Positions 8,463-17,453 of a stretch of 43,179 nucleotides of DNA are shown one piece after another. The position numbers and the translations under genes were made by a program. Position 1 is the first letter of the stretch. Every line of letters begins with the position of its first letter. The stretch lies in the NCBI GenBank assembly GCA_963648915.1, contig CAVJGY010000001.1:1-43179 (forward strand). Reading direction: 5' to 3'. The notes under the pieces were generated by a model. The model worked only from the letters and a program-made list of their open reading frames with translations, ran no database searches and had not been told where the DNA came from. The DNA is from Acutalibacteraceae bacterium (GTDB lineage: Bacteria > Bacillota > Clostridia > Oscillospirales > Ruminococcaceae).

Positions 8463-9797
8463 TCAGCCGTTCTTCTTGTGGGTCGGGACCATGACCTCAA
8501 GGCCGCCCATATAGGGCTGGAGCACCTTCGGGATGGTGACACTGCCATCGGCCTGCAGATGGTTCTCGAGGAACGCGATCAGCATACGCGGAGGAGCGAC
8601 GCAGGTGTTGTTCAGGGTGTGTGCGAGGTAGCTCTTGCCATCCTTGCCCTTGACGCGGATGTGCAGGCGGCGTGCCTGTGCATCGCCCAGATTGGAGCAG
8701 CTGCAGACCTCGAAGTACTTCTGCTGGCGGGGGCTCCAAGCCTCGATATCGCAGCTCTTGACCTTCAGGTCAGCGAGGTCACCGGAGCAGCAGTTCAGCT
8801 GACGGACGGGGATCTCCATGCTGCGGAACAGCTCGACGGAGTTCTGCCACAGCTTCTCGTACCAATCCGCGCTCTCCTCGGGGCGGCAGACGACGATCAT
8901 CTCCTGCTTCTCGAACTGGTGGATACGGTAGATGCCGCGCTCCTCGATGCCGTGTGCACCCTTCTCCTTGCGGAAGCAGGGGCTATAGGAAGTCAGGGTC
9001 AGGGGCAGAGTTGCCTCGTCGAGGGTCTGGTCGATGAAGCGGCCGATCATGGTGTGCTCGCTCGTACCGATGAGGTAGAGGTCCTCACCCTCGATCTTGT
9101 ACATCATGGCATCCATCTCAGGGAAGGACATGACGCCCTGCACGACATTGCCGTGCATCATGAAGGGAGGAATGACATAGGTGAAGCCCTTGTTGATCAT
9201 GAAGTCGCGGGCATAGGCCAGAACAGCCTCGTGCAGGCGTGCGATGTTGCCCAGCAGATAGTAGAAGCCGTTGCCAGCAACGCGGCCTGCAGCGTCCATA
9301 TCGATACCGTCAAAGCTCTCCATGATCTCGGTGTGATACGGGATGGGGAAATCGGGCACGACCGGCTCACCGAAACGCTGTGCCTCGACGTTATAGCTGT
9401 CATCCGGGCCGATGGGGACACTGGGGTCGATCATCTGGGGGATGGTGTACATGATCTCCTGAATGCGTGCAGAGAGGGTGGCCTCCTCTGCTTCCAGCTC
9501 TGCCATCTTGTCGGCGTCGGCCTTGACAGCGGCGTTGTTGGCGTCGATCTGCTTCTGGATCTCCGCCTTCTGTGCCTCATCGGTGCACTTCTTCAGCTGG
9601 CCGAACAGCGGGCCGTTCGCCTTGCTCAGCTTGTTGCGGGCAGCCTTGAGGGATTCGACCTCTTTCAGGCACTCGCGATACTTGGCGTCCTTCTCGATGA
9701 CTTCATCGACGAGGGGCAGCTTTGCATCCTGGAATTTCTTCTTGATGTTCTCTTTCACAGCGTCCGGGTTGTCACGGACAAATTTGATATCAAGCAT
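8463..9797 (-). CDS. serS: Serine--tRNA ligase
   Basis: MLDIKFVR start, LIGTSE, CFRKE.G..G....GIYRIHQFEKQE, EVCSCSN, HTLNNT. Confidence 0.96.
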   Translation of the reverse strand: MLDIKFVRDNPDAVKENIKKKFQDAKLPLVDEVIEKDAKYRECLKEVESLKAARNKLSKANGPLFGQLKKCTDEAQKAEIQKQIDANNAAVKADADKMAELEAEEATLSARIQEIMYTIPQMIDPSVPIGPDDSYNVEAQRFGEPVVPDFPIPYHTEIMESFDGIDMDAAGRVAGNGFYYLLGNIARLHEAVLAYARDFMINKGFTYVIPPFMMHGNVVQGVMSFPEMDAMMYKIEGEDLYLIGTSEHTMIGRFIDQTLDEATLPLTLTSYSPCFRKEKGAHGIEERGIYRIHQFEKQEMIVVCRPEESADWYEKLWQNSVELFRSMEIPVRQLNCCSGDLADLKVKSCDIEAWSPRQQKYFEVCSCSNLGDAQARRLHIRVKGKDGKSYLAHTLNNTCVAPPRMLIAFLENHLQADGSVTIPKVLQPYMGGLEVMVPTHKKNG

Positions 9798-9867
9798 GAT
9801 AACTCTCCTTACTCTATTGTTGCACGGGCGGTTTCCCGTCCATGCCGTTCAAAGGCGGAAGGCCGCC

Positions 9868-10737
9868 TCAGACATCGGTTTGATACTGACCTAGCAGATT
9901 CGCGAAGGCCTTGAGCTGGTCGTCCGAATAGAAATGAACGGTCAGCTTTCCCTTGCCGTCGTGGTAGGCCACGTTGACCTCGTTGCCGAGGACCTGTTTC
10001 AGGCTCTCCTCCACTTCCACCGGAAGGGTGCTGCGGGGCGTCGGCTCGGCCGGCTCTTTCTCCGGTTTCATCAGCTTCTTGCAGAGTGCTTCGGCCTGCC
10101 GGACATTCAGCTCGTTTTCTGCAATGAGCTGTGCGGCCTGCGTCTGCAGTTCTGCGGTCGGCAGGCTCAGGATGACCTTTGCATGGCCGACGTTCAGCGT
10201 TCCGGCCTTCAGCAGCTCCAACACTTCGTCCGGAAGATTGAGCAGGCGCAGGATATTCGCCAGCGCGCTCCGGCTCTTTCCCAGCTTCCGTGCCGCCTGC
10301 TCCTGTGTCAGGTCGCAGCGGTTCATCAGCTCCCGGATACCGTTCGCCTCTTCCACCGGGTCGAGGTCCTCGCGCTGAAGGTTCTCCACCAGTGCCAGCT
10401 CCATCGCCTGCTCGTCGGTGACGTCCTTGACGATGACGGGCACTTCGGTCAGTCCGGCCATCCGGCTGGCACGCCAGCGGCGTTCACCGGCCACGATGAG
10501 GTAACCGCCTGCGGCCTTGTGCCGTACCGCGATGGGCTGTAACAGGCCGTGCTCGGCGATGCTGGACGCCAGCTCTCCCAGCGTCTCGTTATCGAAGGTC
10601 TTGCGCGGCTGTCCCGGATCGGGTTCGATCTCCCGCAGAGGGAGCGTCTCGATCCGGGTATCGGATTCAAAGCTGAGCGACGAATCCTCGAACAGACTTT
10701 CGAGGCCGCGTCCCAGTCCGCCTTTTCCTTTTCCCAT
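9868..10737 (-). CDS. parB: Chromosome partitioning protein ParB/Spo0J
   Basis: GLGRGL Soj-activating peptide, AGERRWRA CTPase box, ENLQREDL, HTH GKSRSALAN. Confidence 0.93.
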   Translation of the reverse strand: MGKGKGGLGRGLESLFEDSSLSFESDTRIETLPLREIEPDPGQPRKTFDNETLGELASSIAEHGLLQPIAVRHKAAGGYLIVAGERRWRASRMAGLTEVPVIVKDVTDEQAMELALVENLQREDLDPVEEANGIRELMNRCDLTQEQAARKLGKSRSALANILRLLNLPDEVLELLKAGTLNVGHAKVILSLPTAELQTQAAQLIAENELNVRQAEALCKKLMKPEKEPAEPTPRSTLPVEVEESLKQVLGNEVNVAYHDGKGKLTVHFYSDDQLKAFANLLGQYQTDV

Positions 10738-10755
10738 GAGCGAAAATCCCCCTGT

Positions 10756-11598
10756 TTATACTTCTTCGAGTGCGTTTTTGGGCTGCTCCGGCTCGACCGC
10801 CGCTTTTCCACGGCGGCGTTTCGGCATCGCGTCACGGGGGCGGTTGTTCTTGACGAATTCGATTGCCAAGTCCATGTACGCCTCGCTTCCCTTGCCGTGC
10901 GGCTCGTAGAAATTGATGGGCTGGCCGTAGCTCGGTGCTTCCGAGATGCGGATGGTGCGCGGGATGGTCGTCTTGTAGACCTTCGAGCCGAAGTACTTCT
11001 TGACCTGCTCGACGACCTGCATCGTCAGGTTCAGCCGTCCGGAGAACATCGTAAAGACCACGCCCTCGATGTCGAGGTAGGGGTTGTACTTTTTACGGAT
11101 GGTCTTCAGGGTGCTGATCAGCTCCGACAGACCCTCGAGGGCGTAATACTCGTACTGGATCGGGATGAGCACGCTGTCGCAGGCACACAGGCCGTTCAGC
11201 GTGAGCAGATCGAGGCTGGGCGGGCAGTCGACGAAGATGAAATCATAGTCCTGCTGGATGCTCGCCAACGCCTTACGCAGGCGGCTTTCGCGTCCGGCAA
11301 GGTCGATCATCTCGAGGGACGCACCCGCCAGACGGGTGTTTGAGCCGATGACGTCGGTACGGAATTCGGTCTTCCGGATGGCGTCCTTGGTGTCCGCCTC
11401 GCCGATGAGCAGCTCATAAGTACCGATGTCGATGCTTCGTTTTTGGATGCCATAGCCCGTCGTCGTGTTTCCCTGCGGGTCAAGGTCGACGATCAGCACC
11501 TTTTTGCCCAGTGCTGCGACGCAGGATGAAAGATTTACGGCGGTCGTCGTCTTGCCTACGCCGCCCTTCTGGTTTGCGATTGCAACAATTTTTGCCAC
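10756..11598 (-). CDS. soj: ParA/Soj ATPase
   Basis: ANQKGGVGKTTT deviant Walker A, DLDPQGN, DCPPSL, EAPSYG. GTG start behind GGAGG. Confidence 0.93.
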   Translation of the reverse strand: MAKIVAIANQKGGVGKTTTAVNLSSCVAALGKKVLIVDLDPQGNTTTGYGIQKRSIDIGTYELLIGEADTKDAIRKTEFRTDVIGSNTRLAGASLEMIDLAGRESRLRKALASIQQDYDFIFVDCPPSLDLLTLNGLCACDSVLIPIQYEYYALEGLSELISTLKTIRKKYNPYLDIEGVVFTMFSGRLNLTMQVVEQVKKYFGSKVYKTTIPRTIRISEAPSYGQPINFYEPHGKGSEAYMDLAIEFVKNNRPRDAMPKRRRGKAAVEPEQPKNALEEV

Positions 11599-11627
11599 GC
11601 GCTTTGCTTCCTCCCCGGGAAAATTTT

Positions 11628-11643
11628 TGTTCCACATGGAACA
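11628..11643. promoter_or_regulatory. parS site
   Basis: TGTTCCACATGGAACA, close to the Firmicute consensus TGTTNCACGTGAAACA, in the soj leader. Confidence 0.85.
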
Positions 11644-11837
11644 TTTTGAGGTCAAAGCCTTGCGTTTTCCCGTCCGCAAGACCCCTGTATGCTTTAGTAT
11701 AGCACATCAGCGCGGGTTTTTGAACCGCTTCTTTATGGATTTTACTCCGCTTTCCTTACTTTTTGTGGGTTTTCCTGCCGATTCCATCAAAAAAATGCTC
11801 CGAAAAGCGTTTTCAGCCTTTCGGAGCACGAATTTTT

Positions 11838-11853
11838 TGTTCCACATGGAACA
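11838..11853. promoter_or_regulatory. parS site
   Basis: Identical TGTTCCACATGGAACA abutting the noc stop codon. Confidence 0.85.
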
Positions 11854-12648
11854 CTACCGCTGTGCGGCGGCGGTGGGGATGCGGACGGTGTACTCGATAT
11901 AGCCATCCCGCTCCTCCCGGTGGGAGGTGGCCGGAACGCCATTGTCGGTCATGAGCCGTATCGCATGGTCGATGGTGTTGACGAAGATTCGCACGTCCTT
12001 CACCATCGAGATACGCCGTCTCCCCTGCGCTGTCTCGCTGAGCAGCTTTTCGATGTACAGGTCAGTCGCCCGGGCATTCATCCGCCGCTTGGCGATGGTA
12101 ATCAGAGCTTCGCTCCGGCGGTTCTCGGGCAGGCGGAGCACCGCGCGGGCGTGGCGTTCGGTCAGACCATTGTCAAGGATGAACTGCTGCTGGTCGGCGG
12201 TCAGCTGAAGCAGGCGGAGCTTGTTTGCGAAGGTCGGCTGTGCCATCCCGAGACGCTTAGCGGCCTCCGCCTGTGTGCAGTCCCAGAGGACCATCACGTC
12301 CCGCAAGCCCTGCGCCTGCTCGAAGGGGTTCAAATCTTCCCGCTGAATGTTCTCGAGCAGGCCGAGTGCCGCCGTCCGTTCGTCGGAGTAGTCGCAGATG
12401 ACGGCGGGAATCTGCCCCAGCTTTGCCAGCTTGCAGGCGCGAAGCCGCCGTTCGCCCGCGACCAGCTCATAGCCCTCCCCTGTTTTCCGCACCGAGATGG
12501 GCTGAAGCAGGCCGTTTTCCCGGATGCTCTGTGCAAGCCCGGCCAGCTCTTGCTCGTCAAAATTCGTCCTTGCCTGAAACGGCGAGGGCCGAATCTCATC
12601 CACCGGAAGCAGATAAATTTTTCCGACTGTTTTCTTTCGTTCAAACAT
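11854..12648 (-). CDS. noc: Nucleoid occlusion protein Noc (ParB family)
   Basis: AGERRLRA and ENIQREDL, Noc-type HTH GMAQPTFANKLRLL and TERHARA, C-terminal KDVRIFVNTI, conserved position between rsmG and soj. Confidence 0.85.
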   Translation of the reverse strand: MFERKKTVGKIYLLPVDEIRPSPFQARTNFDEQELAGLAQSIRENGLLQPISVRKTGEGYELVAGERRLRACKLAKLGQIPAVICDYSDERTAALGLLENIQREDLNPFEQAQGLRDVMVLWDCTQAEAAKRLGMAQPTFANKLRLLQLTADQQQFILDNGLTERHARAVLRLPENRRSEALITIAKRRMNARATDLYIEKLLSETAQGRRRISMVKDVRIFVNTIDHAIRLMTDNGVPATSHREERDGYIEYTVRIPTAAAQR

Positions 12649-12702
12649 GATTACCGCCCCTTTGTCTGGTTTTTCACTGGTTTTCGGCTTTGTTTTCCAC
12701 CC

Positions 12703-12714
12703 TTTCCCGGGAAA
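12703..12714. promoter_or_regulatory. Noc-binding-site (NBS) core upstream of noc
   Basis: TTTCCCGGGAAA is the 12-bp core of the B. subtilis NBS ATTTCCCGGGAAAT, centred in a 30-bp near-palindrome at 12694-12723. Confidence 0.6.
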
Positions 12715-12752
12715 AGGTGGAAAGCTTTTCGTTCACGCCCTCAGTGTACCAG

Positions 12753-12795
12753 AAAAAACAAGACCCCGCCAGAACTTTCGTTCGGCAGGGTCTTG
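12753..12795 (-). terminator. Terminator after rsmG
   Basis: Minus strand CAAGACCCTGCC-GAAC-gaaa-GTTC-TGGCGGGGTCTTG-TTTTTT. Confidence 0.75.
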
Positions 12796-12816
12796 CATTA
12801 TTTGCTCGGTATTTCG

Positions 12817-13524
12817 TTATTTCAGCGGGCTTTTCGCAATTTTTCCGCCGTTTCTGGGATAGGCTGTCGGAGTTTGCGAAATCTTTTTGCAGAGGATGAG
12901 GGTGCGGGTGTCGCCGCCCGGCAGATGGAAGGTGCGGGTCTCCTCATACTTGCCGCCCAGCTTTTTGATCGCGCCCTGTGCGGCGGTCAGCTCTTCCTCG
13001 CCCGAAGAACCCTTCATCGCGAGGAAATTTCCGCCGACCTTCACCAGCGGCAGGCAGTATTCGGCCAGCATCGGCAGAGCGGCCACGGCACGGGCAGAGG
13101 CCAAGTCGAACTGCTCCCGCCAGACCTTGCGGGCGGCTTCCTCGGCGCGTTCCTTGGCAAACTCCACGCCCGTCAGACCCAGCTGTCCGCAGGCGTATTT
13201 CAGGAAATCCACCCGCTTTCCGGTAGGCTCCATGAGGGTCAGTTCCAGCTCCGGCTTAAAAATTTTCGTCACGATCCCCGGGAAGCCTGCGCCCGCGCCG
13301 ACGTCCACCATCTTCCCTGCCACTTCCGGCTGGGAAGCAAAGAGCAGACTGTCGAGGAAGTGCTTGTCCTCGATGCCCTCCGGGTCGGTGATGGCGGTCA
13401 GGTTGACCTTCTCATTGTACGCGACCAGAATCTCCGCAAATGCGTCCAGCTGGTCGAGCTGCGTTCCGGTCAGTGCGATGTTCCATGTGGAACATTTCTG
13501 TTCCAGTCTGTTCTTGTCGATCAT
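12817..13524 (-). CDS. rsmG: 16S rRNA m7G527 methyltransferase
   Basis: NLTAIT, KHFLDSL, DVGAGAGFPG, ARAVA, YPR. Confidence 0.95.
   Translation of the reverse strand: MIDKNRLEQKCSTWNIALTGTQLDQLDAFAEILVAYNEKVNLTAITDPEGIEDKHFLDSLLFASQPEVAGKMVDVGAGAGFPGIVTKIFKPELELTLMEPTGKRVDFLKYACGQLGLTGVEFAKERAEEAARKVWREQFDLASARAVAALPMLAEYCLPLVKVGGNFLAMKGSSGEEELTAAQGAIKKLGGKYEETRTFHLPGGDTRTLILCKKISQTPTAYPRNGGKIAKSPLK
13479..13494. promoter_or_regulatory. parS site inside rsmG
   Basis: TGTTCCATGTGGAACA, the exact reverse complement of the two sites near soj. Confidence 0.8.
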
Positions 13525-13539
13525 CCAAGTTCCTTTCTC

Positions 13540-14094
13540 TTATTCCCCTGTCAGGTGGACGTAAATCGGTTCATGATGGACGGCGGGCAGAAACATCTCG
13601 AGCACCTCCTGCGTCCGAAGTTTGAGCGAGGAGGTGTTGATGCAGGGATGACACCCTAGAAACTCCCCCTTCACGACGTCCTCATCCATGAGCAGCTGAA
13701 CGTGATTTTCCGGGTCATTCATCAAACCCATGATGGACGACGAGCCGGGCGTGCAGTCGAGGTATCGCTCCATGTCCTCCGGCGAGGCAAAGCTCAGACG
13801 CGAAATTCCAAGCTGTCCGGACAATTCCTTGGTCTTGAACGGCTTGTCACCCGGCATCATCAGCAGGTAATAGTTTGTCTTTTGCCGATTGCAGAGGAAC
13901 AAATTCTTGCAGACCGTCGCGCCCAGACAATCGTCGATGATACGACAATCCTCCATTGTATCCGCCTTCATCCATGCGTGGTCGGTGCGCCAATACTGCA
14001 TCCCGAGTTTGTCCAGAAAATCGTAGGTGCGGATCTCTTTTTCCAAGCGTCCGGTGCAGTCCTCCGGACGGCCTTTATACAGTGTCAGTTCCAT
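13540..14094 (-). CDS. YbaK/ProX-family aminoacyl-tRNA editing protein (PrdX-like)
   Basis: CKNLFLCN, RLSFAS, TPGSSSIMGLMND, GCHPCINTSS. Confidence 0.85.
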   Translation of the reverse strand: MELTLYKGRPEDCTGRLEKEIRTYDFLDKLGMQYWRTDHAWMKADTMEDCRIIDDCLGATVCKNLFLCNRQKTNYYLLMMPGDKPFKTKELSGQLGISRLSFASPEDMERYLDCTPGSSSIMGLMNDPENHVQLLMDEDVVKGEFLGCHPCINTSSLKLRTQEVLEMFLPAVHHEPIYVHLTGE

Positions 14095-14103
14095 AGTTTC
14101 CTC

Positions 14104-15972
14104 TTATTTTGCATTGACAAGTGCGACGCTGAGCTGTGCCACATCCGAGGGCGAAACGCCCGGGATGCGTCCGGCCTGTCCGAGGTTCTTCGGACGGATG
14201 CGTGCCAGCTTTTCGCGGGCCTCCAGTGTCAGTCCCGTCAGATTTTCATAGGAAAAATCATCGGGTATCCGTGTTTTTTCGTGACGGGCGACCTCTCGTA
14301 TCATCCGATCCTGTCGGGCAATGTAGCCCGCATATTTGATCTCCGTTTCCAGCCGCTCGGCCAGCATCGGGGTAATTTCCTCACCCCATCCGATGACGCC
14401 CGCCAACAGCGGATAGGAAATTTCCGGACGGCGGAGCAGCTCTTCTGCAATGCCGCCCTCCGCAGCCGGGGCAAGACCTGCATTCGTCATGGCCGTCTGT
14501 AATTCAGCGGTGCGGAGGTGTGTTTCGTGGAGGCGTTTGCGCTCTTTTTCAAGAATTTCCTGCGTGTGTTCGTACTTTTCCCATCTGTCATCCTGTACCA
14601 GACCATATTCCCGGCCGATCGGGGTCAACCGCTGGTCGGCGTTGTCCTGACGCAGGGTCAGGCGGTACTCGCTCCGGCTCGTCATCATCCGATAGGGGTC
14701 CATGACGCCCTTCGTCACGAGGTCATCCACCAGCGTTCCGAGGTAGCTCGACTGACGGGGCAGGATGAGCTGCTCCTCCCCTTTTGCGTTCCGGGCGGCG
14801 TTCAGTCCGGCCAGAAGTCCCTGTGCGGCGGCCTCCTCATAGCCGGATGTTCCGTTGAACTGTCCTGCGCCGTACAAGCCCCGCACGACCTTGCTTTCGA
14901 GTGTTGCCTCCAAGCTGGTCGGGTCAACGCAGTCATACTCGATGGCGTAGGCCGGGCGCATGATTTCGATATTCTCGAAGCCCTTGATGCTCCGGTAGAA
15001 GGCGTTCTGCACATCCTCCGGCAGACTGCTGGACGCACCCTGCAGATACATTTCCTCGGTGTTCTCCCCGCATGGCTCGACGAAGATGGGGTGTCTCTCC
15101 TTCCCCGCGAACCGTACCACCTTATCCTCGATGGACGGGCAGTACCGCGGGCCGACACCCTCGATCATGCCGCCGTAAAGCGGACTGCGCTGGATGTTGT
15201 CGAGGATAATTTTATGCGTCTCGGGATTGGTGTAGGCGATCCAGCACTCGACCTTGTTGTGCATCGGTGCGTCGGTCATGAAACTGAATGGCTGAAGCTC
15301 GTTGTCCGGGTCGCCGGGCTGACACTCGAGCTTCGAGAAGTCGATGCTCCGGCGATGGACACGGGCGGGCGTTCCGGTCTTGAACCGACGAAGCGGAAGC
15401 CCTGCCGCCTTGAGACTTTCGGTCAGTGCGTTCGCGGCGTGCATTCCATCCGGGCCGGACGCGTACCATGCGTCACCCACAAAAATTTTGCCGCCGAGGT
15501 TCGTGCCCGTCGCAATGACGACGCACTTCGCGCCGTACTCGCCGTTCAGTTGGGTCACGACGCCCTTCACATGGCCGTTCTCCACCTCGATGGAAACGAC
15601 CTCCGCCTGATGGATGGCAAGGCCGGGCGTCAGCTCCAGCGCGTGCTTCATATATTCGTGATAGCGTTTGCGGTCGGTCTGGACGCGCAGGGCGTGGACT
15701 GCCGGGCCTTTGCCCTTGTTGAGCATCCGGCTCTGCAAATAGGTCGCGTCGGCGGCAAGACCCATCACGCCGCCCAGTGCATCCAGTTCCCGCACCAGCG
15801 TGCCCTTGGCCGTTCCGCCGATGCTCGGGTTGCAGGGCATATTTCCGATGGCGTCCAGACTCATGGTGAACACCGCCGTCTTTGCGCCCAGCGTTGCGGC
15901 GGCGTGTGCCGCTTCGATTCCGGCGTGTCCTGCGCCAATTACAATAACATCATAGTCACCTAAGTGATTCAT
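14104..15972 (-). CDS. mnmG: tRNA uridine-5-carboxymethylaminomethyl modification enzyme MnmG/GidA
   Basis: VIGAGHAGIEAA, MPCNPSIGG, FKTGTPAR, GPRYCPSIEDK, GTSGYEEAAAQG. Start MNHLG. Confidence 0.96.
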   Translation of the reverse strand: MNHLGDYDVIVIGAGHAGIEAAHAAATLGAKTAVFTMSLDAIGNMPCNPSIGGTAKGTLVRELDALGGVMGLAADATYLQSRMLNKGKGPAVHALRVQTDRKRYHEYMKHALELTPGLAIHQAEVVSIEVENGHVKGVVTQLNGEYGAKCVVIATGTNLGGKIFVGDAWYASGPDGMHAANALTESLKAAGLPLRRFKTGTPARVHRRSIDFSKLECQPGDPDNELQPFSFMTDAPMHNKVECWIAYTNPETHKIILDNIQRSPLYGGMIEGVGPRYCPSIEDKVVRFAGKERHPIFVEPCGENTEEMYLQGASSSLPEDVQNAFYRSIKGFENIEIMRPAYAIEYDCVDPTSLEATLESKVVRGLYGAGQFNGTSGYEEAAAQGLLAGLNAARNAKGEEQLILPRQSSYLGTLVDDLVTKGVMDPYRMMTSRSEYRLTLRQDNADQRLTPIGREYGLVQDDRWEKYEHTQEILEKERKRLHETHLRTAELQTAMTNAGLAPAAEGGIAEELLRRPEISYPLLAGVIGWGEEITPMLAERLETEIKYAGYIARQDRMIREVARHEKTRIPDDFSYENLTGLTLEAREKLARIRPKNLGQAGRIPGVSPSDVAQLSVALVNAK

Positions 15973-16004
15973 AAATTCTTCTACTCTCCCACAAGTAAAC
16001 ACTG

Positions 16005-16055
16005 CCTTGCCCTCTCAGGCTCACATTGTTCGCCAGCTCTCCCAGAGGGAGAGCC
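16005..16055. repeat. Short REP-like intergenic palindrome
   Basis: CCCTCTCAGGC...GCCAGCTCTCCC-aga-GGGAGAGCC with a perfect 8-bp stem at 16036-16054 and no U-tail. It resembles dispersed palindromes I recall from Faecalibacterium-like genomes. Single copy in this window. Confidence 0.4.
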
Positions 16056-16067
16056 AATCCACTCCTT

Positions 16068-17438
16068 TTATTTGCCCACACAAAACCGTTCAAACACTTC
16101 GTTGATGACGGCCTCGGACGCATTTTCTCCGGTCAGTTCACAGAGTGCGTCCAGTGCGTCGTCCACACAGACCGAAACTGCATCCAGACCAAAACCGCCC
16201 GCGATAGCATCCAGTGCACCCGACACAGCATCCCGTGCGCGGGTCGCGGCGGACAGCTGCCGCTGCCCCGAAAGGCTGGCGGCATGGGGGTCGATTTGGT
16301 TCGTTCCCAGCAGCCGGGCGACGACCGCCGCAATGACCTTGCGTGCGCCCTCTTCCTGACAGCAGACCGGAATGAGCATCGCGAAATAGGGCGCGATGAC
16401 CTCCGCATCGAACTGGGTCGGCTTGTCCTCCTTGTTGACGAGGGCAATCGCCGGACGGCCAGCACACCGCTGTGCCAGTTGGAAGTCCTCCTTCGTCAGC
16501 GGTTCAGAGCCATCAAAGACGGCCAAAATCAGCCCGGCCTCGTCCAGCTTCTTCCAACTGCGGCGGATGCCTTCGGCTTCAATTTCATCTTCCGTCTCCC
16601 GCAGTCCGGCGGTGTCGAAGAGGTTCAGCCGGACATCGCCCAGCCGCACGGCCTGCTCCACCACGTCCCGGGTCGTTCCGGCAACCGGGGTCACGATGGC
16701 GCGGTCGAATCCGGCCAGCAGATTGAGCAGGGTCGATTTGCCCGCATTGGGTCGGCCAACGATGGCACAGTCCACGCCTTCTCGCAGGACAGCACCCGCA
16801 TCATAATTCCGGATAAGCTCATCCAGCTCTACTCGGACAGAGCCAAGCACTGTTTTCAGGTGGTCGTCGTCCAGCTCGGGGACGTCCTCTTCCGGGAAAT
16901 CCACCCATGCGGCCAGATGTGCCTGCAATCCGGTCAGTGCGTCTTTTTCGGCGGCGATTTTTTTCGCCAGTGCACCCGACAGGGACGCATTTGCCAGAGC
17001 CGCCCCCTGCCGGCCATCGGCGGAGATCAGATCCATGACCGCCTCGGCTTGGGTCAGACCCAGCTTGCCGTTCAGGTAGGCACGGCGGGTGTACTCGCCG
17101 GGTGCGGCCGGAGATGCACCTGCTTCGATGCAGGCTTCCAACAGCCGCCGCGCCACGGCACTTCCGCCGTGACAGGACAGCTCCACGACATCCTCGCCTG
17201 TATAGCTGTGGGGTGCACGGAAAAAGAGGGCGACTCCCTCATCGAAAGTCTCCTCTCCTTCCACAAACTGACCGAAGAGTGCCGTATAGCCCTTCGCGTC
17301 CAGTACCTTCTTGTTTGGATTTGCCGGGCGGAACACCCGCGCCGCCACCGGATAGCTTTCCGGGCCGGACAACCGAACGACCGCGATGCCGCCCGCACCG
17401 GGCGCAGTTGCAATGGCCGCAATGGTCGAACTCTGCAT
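16068..17438 (-). CDS. mnmE: tRNA modification GTPase MnmE/TrmE
   Basis: TIAAIAT, SYTGED, GRPNAGKS, GTTRD, DTAG, NKED, terminal FCVGK. Confidence 0.96.
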   Translation of the reverse strand: MQSSTIAAIATAPGAGGIAVVRLSGPESYPVAARVFRPANPNKKVLDAKGYTALFGQFVEGEETFDEGVALFFRAPHSYTGEDVVELSCHGGSAVARRLLEACIEAGASPAAPGEYTRRAYLNGKLGLTQAEAVMDLISADGRQGAALANASLSGALAKKIAAEKDALTGLQAHLAAWVDFPEEDVPELDDDHLKTVLGSVRVELDELIRNYDAGAVLREGVDCAIVGRPNAGKSTLLNLLAGFDRAIVTPVAGTTRDVVEQAVRLGDVRLNLFDTAGLRETEDEIEAEGIRRSWKKLDEAGLILAVFDGSEPLTKEDFQLAQRCAGRPAIALVNKEDKPTQFDAEVIAPYFAMLIPVCCQEEGARKVIAAVVARLLGTNQIDPHAASLSGQRQLSAATRARDAVSGALDAIAGGFGLDAVSVCVDDALDALCELTGENASEAVINEVFERFCVGK

Positions 17439-17453
17439 GACTTTTCTCCTGAC

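Noticed and set aside
9798..9867. T-box leader for serS
   Set aside because: The gap is only 70 bp, with no T-box sequence or stem I.
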